Shown piece by piece: positions 28,909-39,800 of a stretch of 64,000 nucleotides of DNA (position 1 is its first letter; the number at the start of each line of letters is the position of its first letter). The position numbers were made by a program, and so were the translations under genes. Source of the DNA: Parcubacteria group bacterium Athens0714_12 (lineage in GTDB: Bacteria > Patescibacteriota > Patescibacteriia > UBA2591 > VMGY01); contig VMGY01000003.1 in assembly GCA_007378955.1 (NCBI GenBank), positions 26,264 through 90,263 on the forward strand. Direction: 5' to 3'. The notes under the pieces are model-generated. The model did no database searches and was not told the origin of the DNA. It was given only the letters and a program-made list of their open reading frames with translations.

Positions 28909-29022
28909 ATCCCCCACCTATCCTAAAGTAGGGTTCTCAAAAAAGAATAATTAGAGCGGCGAAGCGACTCCGTCTCTGAAACTTACAAAAGAATTAATCA
29001 TACTCTGGGATAGGTGGGGGAT
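28909..29022. mobile_element. MITE-like element
   Basis: 22-bp IR, 20/22 match (ATCCCCCACCTATCC..). Confidence 0.6.
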
Positions 29023-29088
29023 TAACGATTTTGTAACTAAATTTTTTTCGGTTATTATTACAACCTCAAAAATTTTAGACAAAATCAG

Positions 29089-29646
29089 TTATTCCCATTT
29101 AATTTCATTTACTTTCCAATCTCCATTTTCTTTCAAAAAGGTTATTTTTGCTTCTTGATAATATATCTTGTTATCCGAAGGGCTGTCTGAACTTTCCTGC
29201 CTTTGGCAATTTACTTTAATGAGCGCTTGATTTGAATTAAAACTTTCTATTTCACTATTTAAAAATTTCGCGGAAAATTTTTCATAAGGCTGTTCAGCGC
29301 TTTGTTTTCGCAAGGCTTGTTTTATAAAATCATCAGCCCATTTTCGCATCGCCTGAGTCATAAACGGCTTCAAATCAATAATATTTTCGTAATTATTTTG
29401 ATTGGAATAATTGCCATAACTTTCGGCAAAGAAAGAAGCCAAGCTTTGCAATTCTAATTTAAGCTTTGTTTCTTCATCCGCGATTGGAATAATAACTTCT
29501 TCTGCTATTTTATTTTCCGCCTCTTGATTGATATTATTTGATTCTTTTTCCGCCGGCGCTAAATTATTTTTATAAATAAAAAAACCGCCAATTAAAAATA
29601 TAATTATTAGTAAAACGACAAATAAAATTTTTAGATTAGTGGGCAT
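29089..29646 (-). CDS. bitopic NTF2-like protein (VirB8/TcpC-like)
   Basis: N-terminal TM helix, C-terminal ITFLKENGDWKV; position in the VirB4 cluster. Confidence 0.55.
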   Translation of the reverse strand: MPTNLKILFVVLLIIIFLIGGFFIYKNNLAPAEKESNNINQEAENKIAEEVIIPIADEETKLKLELQSLASFFAESYGNYSNQNNYENIIDLKPFMTQAMRKWADDFIKQALRKQSAEQPYEKFSAKFLNSEIESFNSNQALIKVNCQRQESSDSPSDNKIYYQEAKITFLKENGDWKVNEIKWE

Positions 29647-29656
29647 AATTAATAAA

Positions 29657-29885
29657 ATTTCTAATATCTAATATCTAAATAAAATGTCAAAATCCTAATG
29701 CCGAATAATATGAAGTGTCATTGCGAGCGACTGGAAGGAGCGAGGCAATCCCGAGGGGAAAGCAGTGAGCGGTGGGATTGCCGCGTCGTTCATTCCGCTT
29801 CTCTCCATTCACTCCTCGCAATGACAGCGCGAAAGAATATCTTTTGTTATTTTGATTTTTAATAATTTATTGAAAATTGATAATT
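29657..29885. repeat. heptamer-arm palindrome with nested GTCATTGCGAG..GCAATC REP-like doublet (29716-29826)
   Basis: aatttct-aatatct-aatatct arm; TGTCATTGCGAG...CTCGCAATGACA inverted pair. Confidence 0.7.
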
Positions 29886-31773
29886 ATTTCTCCCGCTCCA
29901 TCTCTTCCTCAAACTCCTTTTTGGCGGCTTCTATTTCCAAAAGCTGGCGCGGGTCTGAAGTGATAAGCTGGTCTTCCGCGTAAGAAGCGACTACTTTAAT
30001 CGCCGCGTGTTTGGCGCCGGCGAAAAAAATTCCTTCTCCCACTCCGCTTTCCAAAAGCAAATATTTCTCTCCTTCGGTGAGCATAAAAGTTTTAGACACC
30101 AAATCTATCGCCGCCGGCGATTGCTTAAAAAGCAATTGCAAGGCGGAATTATTGACAATCGCGTGGCCATAATCTGAACTCAAAAAATCCTGAACATCTT
30201 GAGTAATCACCGTGATGCCTAAATAATACTTGCGGCATCTTTTAACCAAGGCGTAAATAAATTTGGCTGAATCTTCGTTTTGCATCAGCCACCAAGCTTC
30301 ATCAACAACCAGCATTCTTTTCTTCATTTCCGTTCTGACGATATTCCAAATATAATTGATTATAGTATAAATAGCGATCGGCCTCAATTCGTCCTCCAAA
30401 TCACGGACGGAAAAAACAACTAATTGATTTTTGGTTTCAATATTAGTCGGCTGATTCAATAAACCGGAAAAAGTTCCTTCGGTGTATTTTTTCAAACGCT
30501 CGGCTAAACTTTCCCCGCCTTCCATTCCCTGCAAAACTTCCAATAGGTCGCTCATAATCGGCGCTTCTATCTGTTGGGAAAGATTTGAGGAGGGGGTAAT
30601 GTCTTTTTTGGCGTAAGTTTCCAATAAAGCTCTATCCAATAACGAATCTTCTTCTGGAGTAAAATGCAAAACGCCTTTTTCGTCCGGCACGCCAATCATT
30701 AATTTTAATAATCCTTTTAAGGTGATAACAGCTGTTCTGATAATATCTTCTGTTTTAAAATCTTTGGAAAGCGGCTTGGGCAAATCAAAAGGATTGATTT
30801 TGCTTTCCGAGGCCAAAGAAATATTTATATAACTTCCGCCCACCGCGTCGCAAAGGTGCTTATATTCTCTTTCCGGGTCAATGATAATCATCTCAACGCC
30901 AAACATCATACTCCTTAAAACTTCTAATTTTACGAAATAACTTTTTCCCGCGCCCGACACGGCGAAGACAGTCATATTCGCGTTCTCCAAAGAAAAACGG
31001 TCAAATAAAATCAAACTATTATTATGGCGGTTAACGCCGTAAAGAATGCCGTTATCGCTGGTGACGTCAGCTGAAACAAATGGAAATGAAGAGGCGCAAG
31101 GCGAAGTGTTCATATTAAAAGCAATCATCAGCTCGTCATTAGCCAAGGGCAAAGTGGAATTAAATCCTTGCTCTGACTGATAAAAACTTCTTCGCGAATA
31201 TATTAATTTTGAGCCCAGCAAAGATTCCACTTTTTCAGAAAGCAAATCCAATTCTTTTTGAGAATCAGCGTAAATAGTGATATATAAACTGAATTGAAAA
31301 AATTGTTCAATGCCCTGGGTCAAATCATCTCTTAATTTTTCCATATCCCTTAAAGCGGTTTCTTTTATCGGGTCTCGGGGAGCGCCTTTCTCCACCCCCG
31401 CGGAAATTTCCGCCTCTAATATTCCCACTCTATTTCTTAATTGCTTTAAAATAATTTCTGATTTAACTTTATAAAAATACATCGCGATATCCAAAGGGGC
31501 GGTTAAATTAATGATTGGCGTAAACCAGCCCACATTAATATAGCGGGGATAATTAATGACAAAAAGAGTGCGGATGAATTTATTATTCAATTCCAAATTA
31601 TAAGGATTGATACGCATGGAAGCGGGAGCAATTAAATCACGGACAGAAAATATTCCGGCGCGATAAGCCTCTTCGGACCTTATTAATTCTTTTTCCTCTT
31701 CAATAGTAAGTTTAATTTTTTCTTTATTATCCTTTTCCTTTTCTTCTATTTTTATTTTATTCGCTTTGAACAT
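29884..31773 (-). CDS. VirB4/TraC-like type IV secretion ATPase
   Basis: AVSGAGKS Walker A, IDPEREY, INPFD, VVDEAW, RCRKY, ITQDVQDF. Confidence 0.9.
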   Translation of the reverse strand: MFKANKIKIEEKEKDNKEKIKLTIEEEKELIRSEEAYRAGIFSVRDLIAPASMRINPYNLELNNKFIRTLFVINYPRYINVGWFTPIINLTAPLDIAMYFYKVKSEIILKQLRNRVGILEAEISAGVEKGAPRDPIKETALRDMEKLRDDLTQGIEQFFQFSLYITIYADSQKELDLLSEKVESLLGSKLIYSRRSFYQSEQGFNSTLPLANDELMIAFNMNTSPCASSFPFVSADVTSDNGILYGVNRHNNSLILFDRFSLENANMTVFAVSGAGKSYFVKLEVLRSMMFGVEMIIIDPEREYKHLCDAVGGSYINISLASESKINPFDLPKPLSKDFKTEDIIRTAVITLKGLLKLMIGVPDEKGVLHFTPEEDSLLDRALLETYAKKDITPSSNLSQQIEAPIMSDLLEVLQGMEGGESLAERLKKYTEGTFSGLLNQPTNIETKNQLVVFSVRDLEDELRPIAIYTIINYIWNIVRTEMKKRMLVVDEAWWLMQNEDSAKFIYALVKRCRKYYLGITVITQDVQDFLSSDYGHAIVNNSALQLLFKQSPAAIDLVSKTFMLTEGEKYLLLESGVGEGIFFAGAKHAAIKVVASYAEDQLITSDPRQLLEIEAAKKEFEEEMEREK

Positions 31774-31786
31774 AAAATAATTTAAT

Positions 31787-32464
31787 TTATTGGTCTATCC
31801 TTAATTTTTCTAAACTTTCTAATTTTTCCTGCTCGGCAATTTCCGGATTATAAGTTTTATAAAATAATTCTATCAAACTTTGCGTATCCAAGGGAACTGA
31901 TTTCAATCCCATACTCGCCAATCCGCTCATAATCGTATCCGCTCTTTTGAATAATTCCAATTTATATTTTTCAAATAAAGTCCTTTTTAATTTTATGATC
32001 ATCACCGCGGAAAGAGTTTCTTGCAATCTGATAAAAAAATTCTTTGCTCCACCGGAAAATGGCGAATAAGAGACAGCCACATAAAAATATTTGCTCATAA
32101 TCTCGCCCATCTCCACTAATTCCTGAATATAGCTGATATATTCCGCGGTCTGCATTTTCAACAAATCATTTTCCTGATTTTCTTCAACTTCTTTTAATTT
32201 CTCTATGTAAGAAGAAATATTCAGTTTCCTTGATTGAACAATGATTTGCACTGAAAATTCCAAACTATTTAAAAAATTAACATATCCTTGAATAATCGCT
32301 TTTTGCTCTTCTTCGCTTTTTAAAGCAAAGTTAATTGAAGAAACTAATAGGATTGTTCTTAAACTGCCGTCTTTTAAAACCACGCAATCGTCTTTTATTT
32401 CCGCGATATCCAAATATTTTTGCGTGGAAGGCAAACTCTTTTTTTTAATTATATTTTCTGGCAT
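31787..32464 (-). CDS. T4SS-associated protein (TraC/TrsD-like N-terminal domain)
   Basis: VSSINFALKSEEEQ..I..Y..FLNSL.F.VQI; between PrgI and VirB4. Confidence 0.65.
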   Translation of the reverse strand: MPENIIKKKSLPSTQKYLDIAEIKDDCVVLKDGSLRTILLVSSINFALKSEEEQKAIIQGYVNFLNSLEFSVQIIVQSRKLNISSYIEKLKEVEENQENDLLKMQTAEYISYIQELVEMGEIMSKYFYVAVSYSPFSGGAKNFFIRLQETLSAVMIIKLKRTLFEKYKLELFKRADTIMSGLASMGLKSVPLDTQSLIELFYKTYNPEIAEQEKLESLEKLRIDQ

Positions 32465-32486
32465 AAATATTTTATTAAATTTTTAA

Positions 32487-32912
32487 TTACTCTTCCCGGT
32501 ACGCTCCGCCGGTGTCAACAATCAATGATAATTCCGAAAGCTTGGAGCTAATTAATTTTTTTCTGATTAATTCCGCTGGAATATCTTCTTTTATTGATAA
32601 TTTTATTTCTTCCTTCTCTTTTTCTTTTATTGTTTCTTTCCCCCAGATTCGCAAGGCTGGCTTTCTAAAAACCGATTGGATAAAATTCAAAAGAAAATAA
32701 TGGAACATTTGCCCGCCCGGCTTAAACCAGCCGAATAAATAAACAAAAAAGATAACCATCAGGCCTTCGGTGACAAATAAAGAAAAATCAGCCAGCTTAT
32801 AACTAATAACCAAAATTATTCCGCCCGCTAACATAATAATAAATTGCCGGGCGGTAATGGGCCCGATAATTTTTGGCTCGATTTCAATAAATTGCGGGAC
32901 TAAAAACTGCAT
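32487..32912 (-). CDS. PrgI family (VirB3-like) protein
   Basis: VPQFIEIEPKIIGPITARQF start, two TM segments. Confidence 0.8.
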   Translation of the reverse strand: MQFLVPQFIEIEPKIIGPITARQFIIMLAGGIILVISYKLADFSLFVTEGLMVIFFVYLFGWFKPGGQMFHYFLLNFIQSVFRKPALRIWGKETIKEKEKEEIKLSIKEDIPAELIRKKLISSKLSELSLIVDTGGAYREE

Positions 32913-32915
32913 AAT

Positions 32916-34265
32916 TTAAAATCTTAAAGATTTGTTTAAATCCACTAGGGCGATGATTTCTTCCTCGGTTAAAGCAATTTTTCCCTGCTCAATCCTTTCT
33001 TTTATTACTTCTTTGGTTTCTTTGTTTTTTTCTATGCTTTCTCTGCCTATTTCTAAATATATTCTATAAACCTCGCTTTGCCGCCAATTCCTGATGCCCT
33101 GAATCTTCTTGGAAAATGATTCCTTTTCTAAAAGGTCAATCTTTTGCTTAATTTTCAAAGCGGCTCCTTGCGCCTCATCAGCCAATTCCCTAAAATCTTT
33201 CAATTTAAAATATCTTAATTCCTCCAAAGGCCCTATTACTTTCGGGGGCGGCGCTTTTATATCTTCCATCAATGTTTTATTTGTTTCTATTTTCGGCTTC
33301 CATTCTGTGTTAATAATTTTTTCCTGTTGTTTATCAATTTCTTTTTTCCCAATTTTTGGCTCGGTTATTATTTTAGGAATCTTTGGTTCTATCAAAACCG
33401 GCGCAACTGATTTGGCGGGTTCAGCAATTTCAACGGGCTTATTTTCCTTTAAGTCAGAAAAGGAAATTTTTTCCTCATTTTTAATTTCCGGTTTCAAGGC
33501 GGGCAAGTTAGAATTTTCTATCGCTTCAGCGGCTTCGTAAATTTTAACTTCTAAATCTTTCGTAATAGGAAATTTTATGGGTTTAACCGGCTTAGAAATC
33601 TCAAATTTGGGCAAGGGCGCGTCTTTTTTAAATTTCTCGCCGAATTTTTTAAATTCTTCTTTAAAAATCTTTGCTGTTCTTTCCGCTTCGCTCTCGCTTA
33701 ATTCCAAGCCGCCGATTTTTTTGGATTTCATTAAAATTTCTTTGGTCTCTATCTCGTCCCTGATGTCCCTTAAGTGAAGGGCAATAATGCTTTTTAGCCG
33801 CTTGCTCAAAATTTCGTCGGCAAAAGGCAAATTGACTTTTCCCGCGATTTCCTCCGCCAATTTTTCTACGCTTAAAGGCTTGATTTTTCCCGCCTTTTCT
33901 CTTATTTTTTCTAATTCCTCGTCCTCCAAAGCTCCAGCAGGAACGAAGGAGGATTTTTTTTCTTCCGAAGGAATATCGGAAAAAGAAAATTTTTCCAAAT
34001 CATCCATAATAGGATTGAAAACCTTTTTTAAAACCTCTTTGATATTTTCTATATCCTCTTTCTTTTCAAGATGATAATATTCTCTTAAAAAATTTTCCGA
34101 CTCTTTTATCTTTATAGTTTTAGTGGCGATAAAAATAACCATTCTTAATAAATCAATATTATATTTTTTTTCAGCTTTTTCCAAAAATTCTAAAACTTCC
34201 GGCTTTTCAATCCTCTCTTTTATTTTCTTTGGCGCTCTTTGAAATTTTTCTAAAATTTCTATCAT
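32916..34265 (-). CDS. hypothetical protein of the T4SS-like cluster
   Basis: 449-aa ORF in operon; charged, with a Pro/Lys/Glu-rich centre. Confidence 0.7.
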   Translation of the reverse strand: MIEILEKFQRAPKKIKERIEKPEVLEFLEKAEKKYNIDLLRMVIFIATKTIKIKESENFLREYYHLEKKEDIENIKEVLKKVFNPIMDDLEKFSFSDIPSEEKKSSFVPAGALEDEELEKIREKAGKIKPLSVEKLAEEIAGKVNLPFADEILSKRLKSIIALHLRDIRDEIETKEILMKSKKIGGLELSESEAERTAKIFKEEFKKFGEKFKKDAPLPKFEISKPVKPIKFPITKDLEVKIYEAAEAIENSNLPALKPEIKNEEKISFSDLKENKPVEIAEPAKSVAPVLIEPKIPKIITEPKIGKKEIDKQQEKIINTEWKPKIETNKTLMEDIKAPPPKVIGPLEELRYFKLKDFRELADEAQGAALKIKQKIDLLEKESFSKKIQGIRNWRQSEVYRIYLEIGRESIEKNKETKEVIKERIEQGKIALTEEEIIALVDLNKSLRF

Positions 34266-34273
34266 AATTTTAT

Positions 34274-36367
34274 TTAAGCGCTTGTCTTAAAATCATTAGC
34301 CCGCTTTTCCAATTCTTTTAAATATTTATTTAATTCTATTTCAACAACCGAACTAAGCGGCTTGCCATTGATATCTTTTTTGCTTCTTAATGAATTTTTT
34401 ATTTTCTCAATTTCTGAAGCTGCCGCTGATTCGTTAAGCTTGCTCGGGTCTAAAAATGAATAATTTTCTCCTTGTGTCTTGTTGGCAGTTTTGGCAGGCC
34501 GTGTCAAAGTTGCTATTTTTTTGTTAGCCTTATTTCTAAGATCAGTCTTATATTTAGCTTGATTGGCTACTTTTTCTAATTGCCCCATAATTTGTTCTTT
34601 TGTTTTTTCAGGCATTCTAAAAAACTGTTTTTCGTCAAGCCCGAGATAAAAACGGGCTTCTTCTTCGTATTTATCGGCATTATTCATGCCCGCGATTGCT
34701 TTGCCCATATCCGCCCCGGCTATTTTCCCGGCGGCTGTTTCCGCTTTTTCCAACGCCTCTTCTCTTTCGCTCTTCTCTCCCGGCGTTTCAGGGATTTCTT
34801 TTTTCGCGCGATATTTCTTATTTTCCCATTTCGGAGCAATAACACTGACTGCTTTATTATAATCGCTCGCTCCGCTAGTCAACTTAGCCAAAACACTATA
34901 TGCTGTTTGTTGATCTTTCCCTGCTAATCCTGTTCCTTCTTTTAGCAAATTCAATTCTTCCATTCCTAATTTTTTCTCTTTATTTAATTGTCTTCCAAAA
35001 GTTTCCGCTGTTACCCAATCTCTCTTTTTAACAGCCTGCTTAAAATTATCTTTAATTTCGTCTACATCTCTAAATAATCCCTCTTCTTCGCATTCCTTTG
35101 ACCTTCTATTTACTGATTTTTCATAAGCGCCAGACACGCCTTGGCGCATCATTGCCGCTTCTTCCTTTTCTTTTGTCATTGCCGTTCTGCCTTGCGCTGT
35201 TAAAAATCTTAATCCTTTTGTTTCGCTCAATTTTTCGCCAATGGCCTTGCCTGGGGCGCCCCAGCCCAAAGCTTTAGGCGCTTCCTGCGCTGTTTTTCTC
35301 AACCATTTCATTGGCGAATAACCGCTCTTGCCGCTGGCCCAGCCGACAATCGCGCCAGATGCTCTGCCGCCTAATTTGGTGGCAACGCCCAAAGATGTTA
35401 TCAGTATCGTAATGGCGAAAGCGTAATTCAAAATATTTTTTGATTCGCTAAGCTCGCTCAAAGTCGTAGTGATTACTCCTTCTTCATTGACTCCTTTAAC
35501 GCCAAAATCTCCGGCGATATCGCTCTGGAGAATTAGCAAAGAAAACCATAAAAAGAAAGCCAAAATAGGGCCGATAATAACCCAATTAGTGAACTGTTTC
35601 CACCACTGGGAAACATACCCGGAAAACGCCGGCACTAAATTTCCCATCCAAATAATCGGGGAAAGGACGACTAAAAGCCAAAGCATTACAACGCGAATTA
35701 ATAAAATTAGAAAAAACGCTAAAAGGACCACAAAACTGATAATAACAAAAATCAGATTCAAAATCATTGTGCCGGCTATGCTAAAATTGGCTAAACTCAA
35801 ACCATTGTCCTTGCTTATATTCCACATCGTGGAAAGGCCGGTCGCGTTAATCAAAACTCCAGCGGCGCTGTCTTTAAAAGCATTGACAAAAGTAATCATC
35901 ACTATTTGACCGGCGTCAATCAATAAGCCGCAAATCATTTTGCTGAAATTAATCATCACCGCGGCAATAACCAATTTGCCTAATAATCGCCTGTAATTCC
36001 AAGCTTCCTGTCCTAAAACCGTGCCAAAAGCCATCAATAAAAGAACAATAATAAAAAACATATTGCAAATATCCCTGACTATCAGCCAAGCGGTAGTGAC
36101 CGAAGGCACATTTATAAACTTATTAAATTGGGCGACTTGAAGTAAAAGATAAATAATACCCAAAGAAAGACTTCCCAAAGCCCAAGCCGGAATCCATAAA
36201 ATCCAACTGATCATTAAAAAAATCGCATTATAAAGCTCCGCGCCAACTTCTTTGATAACATTGTCTCCTGCCGCCAAAACCGGATTTTGCCAAAAAGAAA
36301 AAATTAAAATAGAAAATAGTACTATTAAAATTACATTGGCGATTAAATTTCTTTTGTTTCTTTTCAT
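34274..36367 (-). CDS. VirB6/TrbL-like polytopic membrane protein
   Basis: Multiple TM segments (W..VRD..NMFFI, LIRVVMLWLLVVLSP, WWKQF), long charged C-terminal tail. Confidence 0.7.
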   Translation of the reverse strand: MKRNKRNLIANVILIVLFSILIFSFWQNPVLAAGDNVIKEVGAELYNAIFLMISWILWIPAWALGSLSLGIIYLLLQVAQFNKFINVPSVTTAWLIVRDICNMFFIIVLLLMAFGTVLGQEAWNYRRLLGKLVIAAVMINFSKMICGLLIDAGQIVMITFVNAFKDSAAGVLINATGLSTMWNISKDNGLSLANFSIAGTMILNLIFVIISFVVLLAFFLILLIRVVMLWLLVVLSPIIWMGNLVPAFSGYVSQWWKQFTNWVIIGPILAFFLWFSLLILQSDIAGDFGVKGVNEEGVITTTLSELSESKNILNYAFAITILITSLGVATKLGGRASGAIVGWASGKSGYSPMKWLRKTAQEAPKALGWGAPGKAIGEKLSETKGLRFLTAQGRTAMTKEKEEAAMMRQGVSGAYEKSVNRRSKECEEEGLFRDVDEIKDNFKQAVKKRDWVTAETFGRQLNKEKKLGMEELNLLKEGTGLAGKDQQTAYSVLAKLTSGASDYNKAVSVIAPKWENKKYRAKKEIPETPGEKSEREEALEKAETAAGKIAGADMGKAIAGMNNADKYEEEARFYLGLDEKQFFRMPEKTKEQIMGQLEKVANQAKYKTDLRNKANKKIATLTRPAKTANKTQGENYSFLDPSKLNESAAASEIEKIKNSLRSKKDINGKPLSSVVEIELNKYLKELEKRANDFKTSA

Positions 36368-36378
36368 ATGAAGTTATG

Positions 36379-36851
36379 AAATTCCAAATCTCAAATCACA
36401 AATTTCAAACAAATTCAAAATCCCAAATTCTAAATTCCAAACTACTTACTATTAGTCAAAATAGAATTAAAAATTTTAATAAATTCTGAGGCTTCTTGAA
36501 TTAAAAATTTACCTTCGTTGTTGCTACTTAAATTATTAGTATCAATAATTAATCTAAGCCAATAGCGACTTTCTTTTGATTCTTTCCTGGAAATTTTTAT
36601 TCTCATCATAAAGTCTTTTTTACTTAATGATTCATTCGCTTCAATATAGTTTGCCCCAACTGAACCACTGGCTCGAACTACTTGTCTAATTAACTCAATG
36701 TTTTCTACTGTTCTTACTAATTTTTTGCAAAATTCTATTACTCGTTTAGTAAAATTAAAAGTTCTTTCTTCTAAATCGTAATTTTGGTTTTGTATTTTGG
36801 TCATTAGAATTTGTGATTTGTTTGGAATTTGGTGCTTGAAATTTGGAATTT
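36379..36851 (-). mobile_element. heptamer-arm palindromic cassette carrying the four-helix-bundle gene
   Basis: About 60-nt AAATTCC-type repeat arms in inverted orientation; terminal IR AAATTCCAAAT/ATTTGGAATTT. Confidence 0.7.
36442..36804 (-). CDS. four helix bundle protein (23S rRNA IVP family)
   Basis: DLEERT..F, QVVRASGSVGANYIEA, SKKDF, SRKESKESRYWL. Confidence 0.92.
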   Translation of the reverse strand: MTKIQNQNYDLEERTFNFTKRVIEFCKKLVRTVENIELIRQVVRASGSVGANYIEANESLSKKDFMMRIKISRKESKESRYWLRLIIDTNNLSSNNEGKFLIQEASEFIKIFNSILTNSK

Positions 36852-36856
36852 AATCT

Positions 36857-39800
36857 TTACGGTATCACCACTATCCGCCCGTCAAACATTTGACCGCCGC
36901 AACCGGCTTGATAGCCGCCGTTATTGCACCAACCCCAATTATCTTGAATCTGAATTGCCGGCCTAAAAACGCAACAGCCGCCATTAGTAATCCCTAAAAC
37001 AGGGCAAACAGCCTGCCAGCCGGCTCCGCCAATCTCGCACCTATAACTATGATAATAATTGAAATAACCTTCTAAACAAGCTTCTGGGGTATGCCCAAAA
37101 TCCCGGCTGTCGCATTCTCCTATTGCCAAATGATTTTTATAAAATCCCGGGAAAGGCCCACTCGCGCTTCCGTCGCCCCAATTAATAATTATATTTCTAA
37201 TGGGCATTTGGTCTTTGTCTACCAAGCTGAAAAATTTAAGACTTGTCCTTATTCTGCCCCTCGCCAAAATATCCCCGCTGTTCTGATTATTGATCGTCAT
37301 TCTATAATTCGCGTCTTGATAGCATTTTCCGCTTGACGGGTCGCAATCCAAAACGCCAACGCTTCTTATTTTTAAAGCCGATATTTGAGGCGCTCTGGAA
37401 GCATTGCTGGCGGTAAAAGTCACATCCCAAACATCGCTATTATTTACAGGCACGTATCCATTGCCAATATTATATTGATAAATTTGGTAAGACCGGGCAA
37501 AAATATCATGTAAACTTGATTTATTATTTTGATAATCATTATCCCCGATATAAAACATTTCCTGCTGAGAGCATTTTGGAAAATTCTCGTGGTCAATAAA
37601 AATAGTTTCTCTGTCCACCGCCCGATTAGGCAAAGCGGCAAAAAGAGGAGAGCAAGTACTGCTATAATTATAGCCAAGAGAATTAGTAAAATTACTTGTC
37701 TGCCAAACCCTGTCAGTCCAAGCTTTATTTTCCGCCCCTTGGGTAACTCCCGCTATTTCAGCGCATCTTTCGCCAGTACTTAAAATATTGCAATCTCCTT
37801 GGCTTAAATTAGGAATTATGGTTAAAGTGGCGGAAATATAACAGCCATTGCCGCCAATAACTTCGCAATCCCATTCGCATCTGTCATGCAAGCCTCTCCG
37901 ATATGTGCGGGTATTTCTCTCCACAAAGCCAAAGGGACAGCCATCGCATTCCCCCGAATCTTCATGATAACTTGCTCTCCAATCATAATTAAGTTCTTCT
38001 TTCTCCAAGCAATAAAACGGACCCTCGCCCAAACCTAATCCTCCGGCATTAAACCCGGCTTCCACATATTGATTATATAAATCAGAAGCGCCGACAATCA
38101 AATCAATAGGCATCCAGGTCAAACAGGCGAATTGGTCGCTTTTGCCATTGATGGTTTTACTCTTGTCTCTTTCCAAGCAATAGCCCTCCCAGCCGATATA
38201 ATTAACTTTTTTCTTAACTGGCGCGCAATGGCCATCTCCATCTCGGCAATCTTGAACTGTCACTTCTTGCCCGCAGAATTTTCCGTCTTCTTCTCCCCCC
38301 TGGCAAATAGAATCAGGAATAGTTAAATTATTTCCGGCAAAATATTTTTCTTCGCCACTGCCGTAAGACACTTTTTGATAATGACAATCGCAAGCCTCTA
38401 CTTCGCCATCGCCCGCGTCTTGGCAATAATTCGCGTTGGCAAATTCCGTGATTACTCTGGTGTTATTAGAAAAAGGGCTTTCTTTTTGAGGATACCCGCG
38501 GCAGGAAGAAGATAGCGCGCCGCCATTAGGCAAATTTCCATCTATGCCCGCCACGCACCGCTGGCTGTAGCAAAGCCCGTTTCTCCCTCCGATGTTGCAA
38601 GCCGAACCATTGGCGCTTCCCGACGGGCAATCGCCCAAAATATAAACTAATTTATTTTCCGGATTATCCAAACTGCCAAAATTAATTGAACTTAATAAAT
38701 GAATTTGATATTTATCAAACAAGGAATATCCTGAAAAATCCAAAGCTTCCCATTGACCTGTGTTCAAAGAAGCATAAACATCTTGAGTCAGAGGCTGAAG
38801 CAAATTAGGGTCATTTACTTCATTACTGCAACTAAATCCCCGCCCAAAACCTAATGACTGGTCGCAAAGAATCAAACCGCCGTCTTCGCAAACTTCTTTA
38901 TACTTGCCGATGCGGGAATCAAAAACCATATGCGTATTTTCGCAAGTAAGCCATTGCCCGCATTCTCTGTCTCTGAGCACTTTTAAAAGATTATCTTCGC
39001 CTTCTCTCGCTTGGCCATTGAAATTAATTCCCATTTTTTCTAATTTAACGCAACTATCTTTCCAATCTTCCTTAGAACAAAAAGAGAGTTTGTTATTATC
39101 CATGTAATAATAAGTTTCTCCTGTTAAATTTTCCGTATTTTCCTGATATGGCCTGAATTGCGTGCAGCCGCTGTATTTTGAAGGGCATAAGCCGGCCCAG
39201 CCAATATCAGGGTATCTATCTTCATCAATGTCACAATTTAAATTATTTACTTTAGTGAACCAGCCGGAAGTAATGACTCCGTTCAGATTAATATTTTCTT
39301 TAAACTCGCAAACTCTTTCGCCCGGGTCTTTAAAATAAGCCGTTGCTCCATTTGCTTCATATGCTTCGCATTTATCCTCGCTATTTTGGCAAAGTATCGG
39401 ACTGATTATTTTTTCCGGAGTAGAAATATATTGGTCGGGATTATTTTTTAAATAAACTGTTTGCCAAATTTGCCCATTGCTTGAATCTAATTTTAAATTC
39501 CCATTTGCGTCCAAACTCGGAAGGCCGAATACCCTGCAACCTTTATCATCGCTATGGCAATAATTCTTGGAATTAACCACGACATAAACCAAAGCATCGC
39601 TTTGTACGGTGACATCATCTATATTATCTCCTCCCTGATTAAAGCTTTCTTCATAAGGAGAAGATGAATTTCGGGTGTCTATTAAAAGTTCACAGCCTGC
39701 TTTGTCTTCTTCGCAAAGGCGGGAAAATGATTTTAAATAATATCTATTTCCTTTTTTATCTTTATATTCCTCGCAATTAATTTGCGCTTTTGTGATTGGC

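Noticed and set aside
36442-36804. Diversity-generating retroelement (Avd-like gene next to a giant surface protein)
   Set aside because: No reverse transcriptase and no TR/VR repeat pair with adenine-specific differences seen in the window
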